Source: a virus | Lineage: Duplodnaviria; Heunggongvirae; Uroviricota; Caudoviricetes | Reading direction: 5' to 3' (one strand) | Virus record (IMG/VR): IMGVR_UViG_2675903413_000006 | Span: 1-19,819 of that record | DNA: 19,819 nt | Part shown: piece after piece, positions 1 to 7,996 of the stretch | Layout: each line of letters starts with the position of its first letter | How positions within the stretch are numbered: the stretch's first letter is position 1 | Program-made: the position numbers and the translations under genes | The notes under the pieces: model-generated | Seen by the model: the letters and a program-made list of their open reading frames with translations, nothing else | Told to the model about the DNA's origin: nothing | Databases searched by the model: none

Positions 1-1872
1 ATGAGGTTTATTGCGAAGATAATAAACGGCAGGAGAAGTGGTCTAGAGATAGGGTTGACTCCCTTTGGTCTTCAGTCCTCTAATCAGATTTATTTTCTGG
101 AAGACGAAGCTCTAGAGTTTAGGCTGGAAGCATCTGTTCCGTTGGATGATGTTTTTTTATGTCTTCATGAAAATGAAATAGGAATAACTTCTAGCAAAGA
201 ATACGATGGCCTATGGATTTACGAATGGAAACCAAAATCTATATATCGATCAACATACGAATGCTTTTTTCATAACTATTATGGTATGGCAGAGCTATCG
301 ATAGTAACGAAAATCGATGGAGTTGGCGAAAGAGTTATTATTGAACAATATTCTCCGGTTGAAGTATTTGCCAAAAAATTGAATGCTGAACGGGCAGAAA
401 AAATGCTCGATTTCTTAGCGTGTCATGATAATGATGCTCTAGCAGCATTTTTTAGAGTAACTCGTATAAATGCAGGATTCAAAGAAGGAGAAAGATCGGT
501 TAGCTTTTTGATTGAACAACTCGAACGAAATGTTTTATTGTTAATGACCGAGATTCCAAATATCTATTCCAGGCCAATCGCAAAACTTACACCAGTGACT
601 AAAGTTGTCGTAGTATCCGAAAACTCTGTTATCGATGACACCACTTTAGCTTGGATTTCAGAAAACTCTGACAACCTTTATCCAGTTAATGATCAGACCC
701 GCGCAATATTGGAACTAGATGGCACATATTATTCATCGGAACGAATATTAGAAAATCATCTAAAAGAGGATTTGAATATTTATGAAAATCAAGTTGTCCA
801 TGGCTTTATAGTATCCCTAATGCGTGCTGCATCGGAGATCTTGAGTCGGCTTGAAGAGTATCCTTCTTCCAGAATTCGTGAACAGTCGAGCATATCCGGG
901 TATATTTCATTTTTTGCACAGCTAAGTAAGTTTGCAAAGGTTGTAAATAAAAATAAAGTTTCACGATGTAAAGAATTGATTATTAATCTACAGCGTTTGA
1001 AACGAACTTTTGATGAGCGGGTTCCTGTAACTAATATTATCATTGGCACTCCGCAATTCACAAGAAAAGCTAGATACAACCTTCATTATCAGAAGGTTTT
1101 TCATAAAATAATTGCTTGGCATAGATTCGGCGCACCTGATTGGAGCGTACAGGAAGAGCTATTTTCGATACAAAGTATCCCAAAACTTTTTGAATACTAC
1201 CTATTATTTTTAATTAAGTATCACTTTGACAACGTACGGTTATTGGGCATGAAGTTTGAGCTAGTGAATGGCCCTGTAATAGAACGGAATAATTTTGAGT
1301 ATGACTGGGGAGGTTTTACTGTACAGCTTATCTATGAGATGAAAATTTGGACTCATGATCATGCAAGCTCTTTTGGGGCTTCCCTAATTAACTCCGAAGG
1401 GTGGACTCTAGACACCGTGAAAGGTAAATTGAAGCCTAGAGGGCAGCAAGGTCCTAATGCTAATCGATCACCAGACATGATAGTTTGCATTTCAACGCCT
1501 ACGGGTGAACAAAGGCAATTAATCCTAGATGCAAAGTATACTACCAGTAAAAAAGCGTTTACACATTACCTCCCCGAACTCACTATGAAATACCTTCATG
1601 GTATACATGAAAAAAATACTGGAAAAAGTTTGTCTTCTGGGCTGATGATTGTAAATCCAAGTGAATCTTGCGAGACTCGTCATTTCCATCATGAGAAATA
1701 TAGTATTTACGGAACAAGACCTATCACACCTGCTTTATTAGTAAGTTCGTTAGCTCCAGGAATGGCGGAAGATAGTGGTTCTGATTTTAGAAATAATTTA
1801 TCCCAATTCCTGACCTTAATGAGAGCCTCTCTTGAAGGTGAGCAACCATGCCATTTAGGAATCGTGGTTTAA
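1..1872 (+). CDS. Hypothetical 623-aa protein with a C-terminal PD-(D/E)xK-like nuclease motif; possible McrC-like or standalone restriction/defence nuclease
   Basis: Long uninterrupted ORF starting at window position 1; visibly AT-rich compared with the adjacent phage genes; C-terminal segment SPDMIVCISTPTGEQRQLILDAKYT fits the PD-x(n)-(D/E)-x-K pattern. The N-terminal ~480 aa are not recognised. Confidence 0.55.
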   Translation: MRFIAKIINGRRSGLEIGLTPFGLQSSNQIYFLEDEALEFRLEASVPLDDVFLCLHENEIGITSSKEYDGLWIYEWKPKSIYRSTYECFFHNYYGMAELSIVTKIDGVGERVIIEQYSPVEVFAKKLNAERAEKMLDFLACHDNDALAAFFRVTRINAGFKEGERSVSFLIEQLERNVLLLMTEIPNIYSRPIAKLTPVTKVVVVSENSVIDDTTLAWISENSDNLYPVNDQTRAILELDGTYYSSERILENHLKEDLNIYENQVVHGFIVSLMRAASEILSRLEEYPSSRIREQSSISGYISFFAQLSKFAKVVNKNKVSRCKELIINLQRLKRTFDERVPVTNIIIGTPQFTRKARYNLHYQKVFHKIIAWHRFGAPDWSVQEELFSIQSIPKLFEYYLLFLIKYHFDNVRLLGMKFELVNGPVIERNNFEYDWGGFTVQLIYEMKIWTHDHASSFGASLINSEGWTLDTVKGKLKPRGQQGPNANRSPDMIVCISTPTGEQRQLILDAKYTTSKKAFTHYLPELTMKYLHGIHEKNTGKSLSSGLMIVNPSESCETRHFHHEKYSIYGTRPITPALLVSSLAPGMAEDSGSDFRNNLSQFLTLMRASLEGEQPCHLGIVV

Positions 1873-2022
1873 GGGCCGATTCACTTTTATTGAATTTTTG
1901 TTACCGATAAAAGCTTGACATTTTAGTATCGAATGACCACCGTTATCATATTTGATTTCGGTGGTTAGCTTTCGACGTTGAAGAACTACTAGAGACTTTT
2001 ATCTAATATTAATGTTAAATTT

Positions 2023-3153
2023 TCACAACGCTACTTTGCTCCATCCCTTGCCTCGATCGTCATGATAACGATCGGTTTGTTGTTGTGTTTTATGACCAAG
2101 TAATTTTTGTGTATTTAAACCCTGTTCTTTATACAAACGTTCTGATAAAGACCTTTGTTCATGAAATGTTGCGGGAGAACCTTCACCCCAGTCAATTCCT
2201 GCTAAATCTCTTGCTTTACTGAAATTCATAGTCAAGGTATTGGCTTTAACCTGTGCGCCGCGTTCAGCCTGTGAAGTAGTACGAAAAAAATGTACAAGGT
2301 ATTGGCTGACCGCATAGTCACGGCAACGGGCTACTACATTGCGCAAACTCCAGTTAATCGCATTGAGGCGCAGGGAAAGCGGGATGGCGATTTTGCTCCC
2401 GGTTTTTTCCTGAATGACATGCAGATGATCATCCCAAATATCGCTAAATTTCATACGTGAAATATCACCTAACCGCTGACCAGTAACCAAGGCTAGCAGC
2501 ATGGCATTTCCCATGTAACGATGGCTGGCATCTGCGATATCGAATATTTTTTTCCATTCTTCGAGGCTCAGCCTTTGTCGGGTAATTTTTCTTCTTGGCT
2601 GTTTAGTAGCTAATGCAGGGTTATAGCCAGGAGGTACTTCTCCGTAGTGCTGCGCCTCTTTGAAAACATCAATCAGGACGGAGCGAACTACTTGTGCCAT
2701 TCTCGGTTGCCCAGCGGCAATATACTCATCAAGTAATTGTGCAATATCCCGGACATCAACAGCTGAAATTAGCTTCAATCCTGCCCGTTCTCTAAGTAAG
2801 GAGACAGGTTTGGCTTTCTGCTTGTAGGTGTTGAGCTTTATATCACCACTTTTCAGCCTGTCATTCTGGATCGCTTGATAGCGATCTAACCAAGTTGACG
2901 TTGTGATTGCTTTCCCTTTGCTGGTTGCGATCCTGTCACTGATGGCCAGAATCTGCCGGGTTCTTTGTTCAGCCAGGCGCGTATTGGCTTCAGTGGCAAT
3001 AGCGATAGCTTCAGTTTCGTTTGTTCCCAAAGCATGGAATTTCCCTGTTATTGGATGCTTATACCGCCAATAGACTTTATTTACCTTTCGGCTATAAAGC
3101 GGATATAAGTTAGGGACTGAAACATTATTCTTACGCGGTCTGGCTGCCATCAC
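2023..3153 (-). CDS. int: Tyrosine recombinase, lambda Int family integrase
   Basis: 376-aa ORF. N-terminal PNLY...ITGK and C-terminal LVTGQR...FHEQRSLSERLY...LLGHK...DRYHDDRGKGWSKV match the lambda Int layout including the catalytic Tyr region. The true start may be the second Met. Confidence 0.9.
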   Translation of the reverse strand: MMAARPRKNNVSVPNLYPLYSRKVNKVYWRYKHPITGKFHALGTNETEAIAIATEANTRLAEQRTRQILAISDRIATSKGKAITTSTWLDRYQAIQNDRLKSGDIKLNTYKQKAKPVSLLRERAGLKLISAVDVRDIAQLLDEYIAAGQPRMAQVVRSVLIDVFKEAQHYGEVPPGYNPALATKQPRRKITRQRLSLEEWKKIFDIADASHRYMGNAMLLALVTGQRLGDISRMKFSDIWDDHLHVIQEKTGSKIAIPLSLRLNAINWSLRNVVARCRDYAVSQYLVHFFRTTSQAERGAQVKANTLTMNFSKARDLAGIDWGEGSPATFHEQRSLSERLYKEQGLNTQKLLGHKTQQQTDRYHDDRGKGWSKVAL

Positions 3154-3376
3154 TCAAAATCCGTTGCAAAAGTAATGAGTCATTTTTCTTAATTACTGGT
3201 GTTACCAGCTCTCCAACTAACTCGGCGTCCTCACGCACTCGCCATAACCGACCTTGTTTCATTGCCGGTGGACAAAACAAATTCTGCTTAGCATAACGAC
3301 GCAACGTGGAAACGCTTGGAGGATTACTTCTGTATTTTTCAGAAGCCCATTCTTCAAGAGTTAACATTTGAAGCAT
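3131..3376 (-). CDS. xis: Excisionase (Xis-like)
   Basis: 81-aa ORF just upstream of int, overlapping its start by 23 nt as lambda xis/int do; MLTLEEWA...RRYAKQNLFCPPAMKQGRLWRV resembles the lambda Xis winged-helix region. Confidence 0.8.
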   Translation of the reverse strand: MLQMLTLEEWASEKYRSNPPSVSTLRRYAKQNLFCPPAMKQGRLWRVREDAELVGELVTPVIKKNDSLLLQRILSDGSQTA

Positions 3377-3450
3377 ATGCGATCACCTTATTACTTCAAT
3401 AACTGTTCAGTCTCTGCATATCGACCCTGCAAGGTCGGTTAGTTTCTCCA

Positions 3451-3586
3451 CAAAACAGAGAAGAACACCTGCGATGACTGCCGCCCCGGATGGATTGGGT
3501 TATGAGCCCGTCGTCCGGTGATGCTCTTCTCTGTTTTGTAAAAAGGACGGTACCAGCCGGAAGCAAGGGTACAAACTGGTACCGTC
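3451..3586. promoter_or_regulatory. GC-rich structured non-coding segment with two long inverted repeats (14 bp arms at 3451-3464/3525-3538; 11 bp arms GACGGTACCAG at 3546-3556/3576-3586); candidate operator cluster or structured RNA
   Basis: Perfect inverted repeats read directly from the sequence. ORFs across this region overlap in several frames with no RBS, so it is treated as non-coding. The GGTACC/GGTACAA motifs resemble the immunity-region operator half-site. Confidence 0.4.
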
Positions 3587-3803
3587 AAGACTACACACAG
3601 CATAAAGTTGTGGTGCCGGGTGCCTCCCGGTGCCTGGCGAAGGTTGCACACCAGACGGGTGGGTATCCACAGAAGGTCGACTGTCAGCCTCAACCTTAAC
3701 CCGCGTGCGCTGAGCCGCATTCACCACAACGCTAAGGATTCTCTCTGGTTGAAAATACTTAGCAGTTATGTGCCTGCTTTTAGCCACATCAGGCGAGGTG
3801 GAC

Positions 3804-3856
3804 CTGGTTATTCCCCAACAACAAGGATTCGGTTAATCTGGTTATCCCCAACAACG
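3804..3856 (+). repeat. Imperfect direct repeat CTGGTTAT(T)CCCCAACAAC, two copies 34 bp apart, just upstream of the 3871 gene
   Basis: Copies at 3804-3823 and 3838-3856, ending 15 nt before the ATG at 3871. Confidence 0.6.
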
Positions 3857-3870
3857 CAAAAGGAAAAGAA

Positions 3871-4305
3871 ATGTCCGGTAATATCTATACGCTGTACAAA
3901 TCCCACTGTGAAAATGTTGGAAAGTATCGGGGCATTGAAATCAGTGGGGTAGTGTCATCAGTCGAAATAAGCAAAGTTGAATCAAGGGCAACATTACTTA
4001 CTCTTCTGGACCTTGTCTTACATGAGCACCGGAAGAAATTCGGCACTCCCTATAATCAGTTGAATGGGAAAAAAGCTCTGGTTCACCTTATTCTGATGAA
4101 GCATCACTGGATGCCAAAACAGATTAATGAGATGAAATTTGATGAACTTCTTCTTTCAATTCAGGATGAACTCACGCTTGATAAAATAAGCGTAACCGCC
4201 CAGAAATTTTTAGATTATCGAGACTGGAGATCACAAATTCATCACTTTGATGATTTTGACGAAAATGAATGGGATCCTAATTTGTCTGCACAATATCTAA
4301 AGTAA
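3871..4305 (+). CDS. Hypothetical phage early-region protein (144 aa)
   Basis: ORF with a purine-rich stretch (aaaaggaaaagaa) before the ATG; no recognisable motif. Confidence 0.5.
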   Translation: MSGNIYTLYKSHCENVGKYRGIEISGVVSSVEISKVESRATLLTLLDLVLHEHRKKFGTPYNQLNGKKALVHLILMKHHWMPKQINEMKFDELLLSIQDELTLDKISVTAQKFLDYRDWRSQIHHFDDFDENEWDPNLSAQYLK

Positions 4306-4483
4306 CATCCTGTGATAAAACCGTGATTTCCTGATCCAGTTTTTTTAAGGAGTCTATTGTTTCCTGTCGATAAGACAGCACTTCACGAAGCTGGTTTATA
4401 GCTGCCAGCTTCTTTGCCATCCACTCGTAAATTTCCTCATTTGTGTATCCGGGCGCGACGATTTTTGGTTCTGTTTTGTGCAT
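4277..4483 (-). CDS. Hypothetical small protein (68 aa), first gene of the leftward early transcript
   Basis: Strong RBS (GGAGG 7 nt upstream of the ATG on the minus strand); sits downstream of the putative OL-like GGTACAT sites. Its 3' end is convergent with the 3871 gene. Confidence 0.5.
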   Translation of the reverse strand: MHKTEPKIVAPGYTNEEIYEWMAKKLAAINQLREVLSYRQETIDSLKKLDQEITVLSQDVTLDIVQTN

Positions 4484-4542
4484 TTCACACCTCCTCAAGT
4501 TATCAGTTACTTGTTGATGGGGACCAGATTGTTAAAGAGCTA

Positions 4543-4566
4543 AGCGTCCTGTAGGGCGCTTTTTTG
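4543..4566 (+). terminator. Rho-independent terminator-like hairpin (7 bp stem with one G-U pair, 4-nt loop) followed by TTTTTG
   Basis: AGCGTCC-tgta-GGGCGCT then a T-run on the plus strand; there is no T-run on the minus-strand side. Confidence 0.5.
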
Positions 4567-4717
4567 TTGCTAACGAATCATCCTGGACTTCATATGCCCC
4601 AGGCGGCTACTTCGTGGGCGTCCTGTCTGTTTGTTGTTTCTCTTTGGTACATTATGTATCTCAAGGGTACATTGTCAAGTATAAAAAAACCTGCCGAAGC
4701 AGGTTCATAAACATTGA

Positions 4718-5392
4718 TTAGGCTTTGATTTTGTATCTTCTTGGTTTTCCTGAGAAAATCACAGTTCCAATTATAGAGCAATTACCGTTGATCTTAATGT
4801 AAGGCTCAGGCCAGTTTGGGTTTAACGCTTTGAGATAACGCTGTGTCCCATCTTCTATCAACCTTTTGAAGGTGGTTTCACCTGTATCGTGCATCAATGC
4901 AATAACGTCGTCACCGTGGCAGGCAGGTACTTCAGGATCGACAAAAATCATGTCTCCCGGGCGGTACTCATCAATCATTGAATCACCTATCACCCGCAAG
5001 ATATAAGTCATTTCCCCACAGGGTACAGGGCAGGGATACGTTTCTGCTGTGCTCAAATCAACCTCAGAATATCCAACTTCTTTCCATGCTCCGGCCTGTA
5101 CCCATGATATGACAGGGACTAATGTGATTTGTTTATTAGTGATTGAAACATCAGGTTTTTTTGTGATGTTCGTTGTCTGGTGTTCTTGATCGAGCCATCC
5201 GACAGGCAGGTCGAAACATTTTTCGATGTGTCGTGCCATGCTGTCACCGATATTTTTAGTAGCACCATCTCCCATAAACCTGCTGGTCTGGGTTGGCTCG
5301 CGATCAATCATAGTGGCAAAGGAAGAATTCCCGCCAACACCATCTCTCAGTTTTCTGGCGTTAGACCGCCGGATGTCATGGATTGTTTTCAT
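4718..5392 (-). CDS. cI: Phage repressor, CI-like, with a C-terminal S24 (LexA-like) autopeptidase domain
   Basis: C-terminal VIGDSM (Ser nucleophile) and TFKRL (Lys) are the S24 Ser/Lys dyad; divergent from a cro-like gene with an operator palindrome between them. Confidence 0.85.
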   Translation of the reverse strand: MKTIHDIRRSNARKLRDGVGGNSSFATMIDREPTQTSRFMGDGATKNIGDSMARHIEKCFDLPVGWLDQEHQTTNITKKPDVSITNKQITLVPVISWVQAGAWKEVGYSEVDLSTAETYPCPVPCGEMTYILRVIGDSMIDEYRPGDMIFVDPEVPACHGDDVIALMHDTGETTFKRLIEDGTQRYLKALNPNWPEPYIKINGNCSIIGTVIFSGKPRRYKIKA

Positions 5393-5407
5393 AACGAAAT
5401 TAAAACC

Positions 5408-5428
5408 CTTGTACCGTTAAGGTACAAG
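5408..5428. promoter_or_regulatory. Operator: perfect palindrome CTTGTACC-gttaa-GGTACAAG in the cI/cro divergent promoter region; a further GGTACA half-site lies at 5471-5476
   Basis: 21-bp perfect dyad 16 nt upstream of the cI start codon and about 55 nt upstream of cro. Confidence 0.7.
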
Positions 5429-5482
5429 TATCTTGAAGGTTCATTTCAATCATGTAATATGTATACCGGAGGTACATATTGT

Positions 5483-5683
5483 ATGAAAGCGTATTGGGAC
5501 TCTTTAACCAAAGAACAGCAGGGCGAGTTGGCCGGAAAAGTTGGCTCAACACCTGGCTACTTACGGCTGGTTTTCAATGGCTATAAAAAAGCCAGTTTTG
5601 TGCTGGCTAAAAAACTTGAGCAATGCACGTCAGGTGCAATTACGAAATCTGACTTAAGACCGGATATCTATCCGAAAGATTAG
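5483..5683 (+). CDS. cro: Cro-like HTH regulator
   Basis: 66-aa product; GGAGG RBS 11 nt upstream; divergent from cI. The 5' part of the longer 5180-5683 ORF overlaps cI antisense and is rejected. Confidence 0.7.
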   Translation: MKAYWDSLTKEQQGELAGKVGSTPGYLRLVFNGYKKASFVLAKKLEQCTSGAITKSDLRPDIYPKD

Positions 5684-5714
5684 CAGAACACTTTCAATTT
5701 TTAACCACAGAACG

Positions 5715-6284
5715 ATGAGGCTAATCGTGGGTAAGCATCACTGGAAAATAGAAAAACAGCCTGAGTGGTACGTGAAAGCTGTCAGAAAAACTATCGCGGC
5801 GTTGCCGGGTGGTTACGCTGAAGCGGCTGACTGGCTCGATGTAACAGAAAACGCTTTATTCAACCGCCTTCGTGCAGATGGCGATCAGATTTTCCCGCTG
5901 GGATGGGCAATGGTTTTACAGCGTGCTGGTGGCACTCACTTCATTGCTGATGCTGTGGCGCAGTCTGCAAATGGCGTCTTTGTGTCTCTTCCTGACGTCG
6001 AGGATGTGGACAACGCCGATATTAACCAGCGTCTGCTGGAAGTCATTGAACAGATCGGCAGTTATTCAAAACAGATTCGTTCAGCAATCGAAGACGGTGT
6101 AGTGGAACCGCATGAGAAGACAGCAATTAACGACGAGCTGTACCTATCAATTTCGAAGCTGCAGGAGCATGCAGCACTTGTCTACAAAATTTTTTGCATT
6201 TCAGAAAGTAATGACGCCCGCGAGTGTGCAGCTCCGGGCGTCGTGGCGTCGATTGCTTCTGGTTGTGGAGAAACTAACGCATGA
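5715..6284 (+). CDS. Phage regulatory protein CII-like (phage 186 CII / CP76 family-like)
   Basis: Sits in the cII position downstream of cro; residue pattern ([27 protein letters not shown]...HFIADAVAQ) parallels 186 CII as recalled from memory. The start may be the GTG at 5727. Confidence 0.5.
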   Translation: MRLIVGKHHWKIEKQPEWYVKAVRKTIAALPGGYAEAADWLDVTENALFNRLRADGDQIFPLGWAMVLQRAGGTHFIADAVAQSANGVFVSLPDVEDVDNADINQRLLEVIEQIGSYSKQIRSAIEDGVVEPHEKTAINDELYLSISKLQEHAALVYKIFCISESNDARECAAPGVVASIASGCGETNA

Positions 6285-6466
6285 ACAGTTTAACAACACA
6301 CTACCGTCGCTCGCAACTGATTGCGCTTCCTGTACCGGGTGGAAAAGCGAAGGTGGAGTATTGCTATGCAGTAAATGTACCAGGTGAACGGTGTTTACAG
6401 AAAAGCAGCAAGCGGGCTGCATCAGGTGAAGAGTGGTATCTGTCAGGGAATTACGTGGGGGCTTAA
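6281..6466 (+). CDS. Hypothetical small protein (61 aa), translationally coupled on both sides
   Basis: ATGA overlap with the upstream stop and TAATG overlap with the downstream start; no recognisable motif. Confidence 0.3.
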   Translation: MNSLTTHYRRSQLIALPVPGGKAKVEYCYAVNVPGERCLQKSSKRAASGEEWYLSGNYVGA

Positions 6467-7119
6467 TGAGTAATAAATATTGCCAAGCGCTGGTGGAACT
6501 GCGGAACAAACCAGCCCATGAACTGAAGGAAGTGGGCGATCAGTGGCGCACGCCGGATAACATTTTCTGGGGAATTAACACCCTGTTTGGTCCGTTTGTT
6601 CTGGATCTGTTTACCGATGGTGATAACGCCAAATGTGCCGCGTATTACACGGCGGAAGACAACGCGCTGGCGCATGACTGGTCAGAACGTCTTGCGGAGC
6701 TTAAAGGTGCTGCCTTTGGTAATCCCCCATATAGCCGCGCCAGTCAGCATGAGGGGCAATACATCACCGGCATGCGTTACATCATGAAGCATGCCAGTGC
6801 CATGCGTGATAAAGGCGGGCGCTATGTTTTCCTGATCAAAGCTGCCACCAGCGAAGTGTGGTGGCCGGAAGATGCAGATCATATTGCTTTTATTCGCGGG
6901 CGTATTGGTTTTGAACTGCCTGCCTGGTTTATCCCGAAGGATGAGAAGCAGGTGCCGACAGACGCTTTCTTCGCTGGTGCTATTGCTGTTTTCGACAAGA
7001 CCTGGAAGGGACCGGCAATCAGCTACATCGGGCGCGATGAACTTGAGGCATGTGGTGAGGCCTTTCTGGCGCAGGTTCGCCAGCAGGCAGAAAAACTGGT
7101 CAGGGAGATGGCGGCATGA
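6466..7119 (+). CDS. Phage N6-adenine DNA methyltransferase (Dam-like)
   Basis: Catalytic NPPY motif (AFGNPPYSR) and typical phage Dam-family context in the nin-like region. Confidence 0.8.
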   Translation: MSNKYCQALVELRNKPAHELKEVGDQWRTPDNIFWGINTLFGPFVLDLFTDGDNAKCAAYYTAEDNALAHDWSERLAELKGAAFGNPPYSRASQHEGQYITGMRYIMKHASAMRDKGGRYVFLIKAATSEVWWPEDADHIAFIRGRIGFELPAWFIPKDEKQVPTDAFFAGAIAVFDKTWKGPAISYIGRDELEACGEAFLAQVRQQAEKLVREMAA

Positions 7120-7442
7120 CGACGTTAACTCAATGCCAGCAGCAGGTGCTGGATATGCTGATTTCTTATCAGAAAGAACGTGGCTTCCCGCCAACCAATC
7201 AGGAGGTGGCAACCATGCTGGGATACCGTTCAGTGAATGCAGCGGTGGAGCATCTTCGCGCACTGGAGAAAAAAGGCGTCATCACGATAAAGCGTGGCGT
7301 GGCCCGGGGCATCACGCTTCATACCGCGGTGAAGGACGACGACAGCGAGGCGGTCGGGATTATCCGCTCACTGCTTGCCGGTGAGGAAAACGCAAGGCTG
7401 CGTGCAACCCACTGGTTACATGAGAGGGGCCTGAAAGTATGA
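7116..7442 (+). CDS. LexA N-terminal DNA-binding-domain protein lacking the S24 peptidase domain
   Basis: 108 aa; MTTLTQCQQQVLDMLISYQKERGFPPTNQEVATMLGYRSVNAAVEHLRALEKKGVITIKRGVARGITL aligns by eye with the E. coli LexA N-terminal domain. No Ser/Lys peptidase region follows. Confidence 0.75.
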   Translation: MTTLTQCQQQVLDMLISYQKERGFPPTNQEVATMLGYRSVNAAVEHLRALEKKGVITIKRGVARGITLHTAVKDDDSEAVGIIRSLLAGEENARLRATHWLHERGLKV

Positions 7443-7834
7443 AGCTGATCCTGCCTTTTCCGCCCAGCGTGAACACGTACTGGCGACACCCCAACAAAGG
7501 GGCGTTTGCTGGTAAGAGCCTGATAAGCGCGGCGGGGCGAAAATTCCAGAGCGCGGCGTGCGCAGCAATAGTTGAGCAGTTACGTCGTCTGCCGAAACCA
7601 ACGTCGGCACCTGCTTCAGTGGAGATCGTGTTGTTTCCTCCGGATAACAGGATCCGCGATCTGGACAACTATAACAAGGCGCTGTTTGACGCCCTGACCC
7701 ACGCGGGGGTGTGGGAAGACGACAGTCAGGTGAAAAGAATGCTGGTGGAGTGGGGACCGGTTATCCCGGAGGGGAAGGTCGAGATCACTATCAGTAAGTA
7801 CGAAAAAGCGAGTTGCAAATTAGCAACTCGGTAA
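7439..7834 (+). CDS. rusA: Holliday junction resolvase RusA
   Basis: 131 aa; LPFPPSVNTYWRH...RDLDNYNKALFDALTHAGVWEDDSQV...VEITI matches the RusA signature. Confidence 0.85.
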   Translation: MKLILPFPPSVNTYWRHPNKGAFAGKSLISAAGRKFQSAACAAIVEQLRRLPKPTSAPASVEIVLFPPDNRIRDLDNYNKALFDALTHAGVWEDDSQVKRMLVEWGPVIPEGKVEITISKYEKASCKLATR

Positions 7835-7879
7835 CGGAATTGAGCAACACCCTAAATTTGGGTATTACCTCGTTAAAGA

Positions 7880-7899
7880 TACTGTATTTATGAACAGTG
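7880..7899. promoter_or_regulatory. LexA (SOS) box TACTGTATTTATGAACAGTG upstream of the KilA-N gene
   Basis: CTGT-N8-ACAG with an AT-rich spacer, matching the enterobacterial LexA consensus; about 100 bp upstream of the ATG at 7997. Confidence 0.7.
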
Positions 7900-7996
7900 T
7901 ATCCTTGATAACTATTAAAAATCGCAGTAAGTTCATCCTGCATCAACGAAAAGGGAGTGCAGTCCCGCTCGTGGATAAAAATTTGTGGAGAAACCA

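Noticed and set aside
789-1079. 96-aa minus-strand ORF inside the 623-aa gene
   Set aside because: Fully contained antisense within a long, well-supported ORF.
3439-3952. Four mutually overlapping ORFs (3439-3720 minus, 3490-3699 plus, 3500-3787 minus, 3608-3952 plus)
   Set aside because: They overlap each other in different frames within a GC-rich, inverted-repeat-rich segment, lack RBSs and have low-complexity, Arg/Pro-rich translations; treated as non-coding.
5180-5482. N-terminal extension of the cro-like ORF (167-aa version), and ORF 5226-5420
   Set aside because: Both lie antisense within the cI coding sequence; the real cro-like start is the ATG at 5483, which has a GGAGG RBS.
6587-7384. 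ORFs 6587-6787 and 6872-7384 (plus), and 6682-7263 and 6463-6675 (minus), inside or antisense to the methyltransferase and LexA-like genes
   Set aside because: Alternative-frame and antisense ORFs within well-supported genes; Arg/Ser-rich translations typical of GC-rich off-frame reads.
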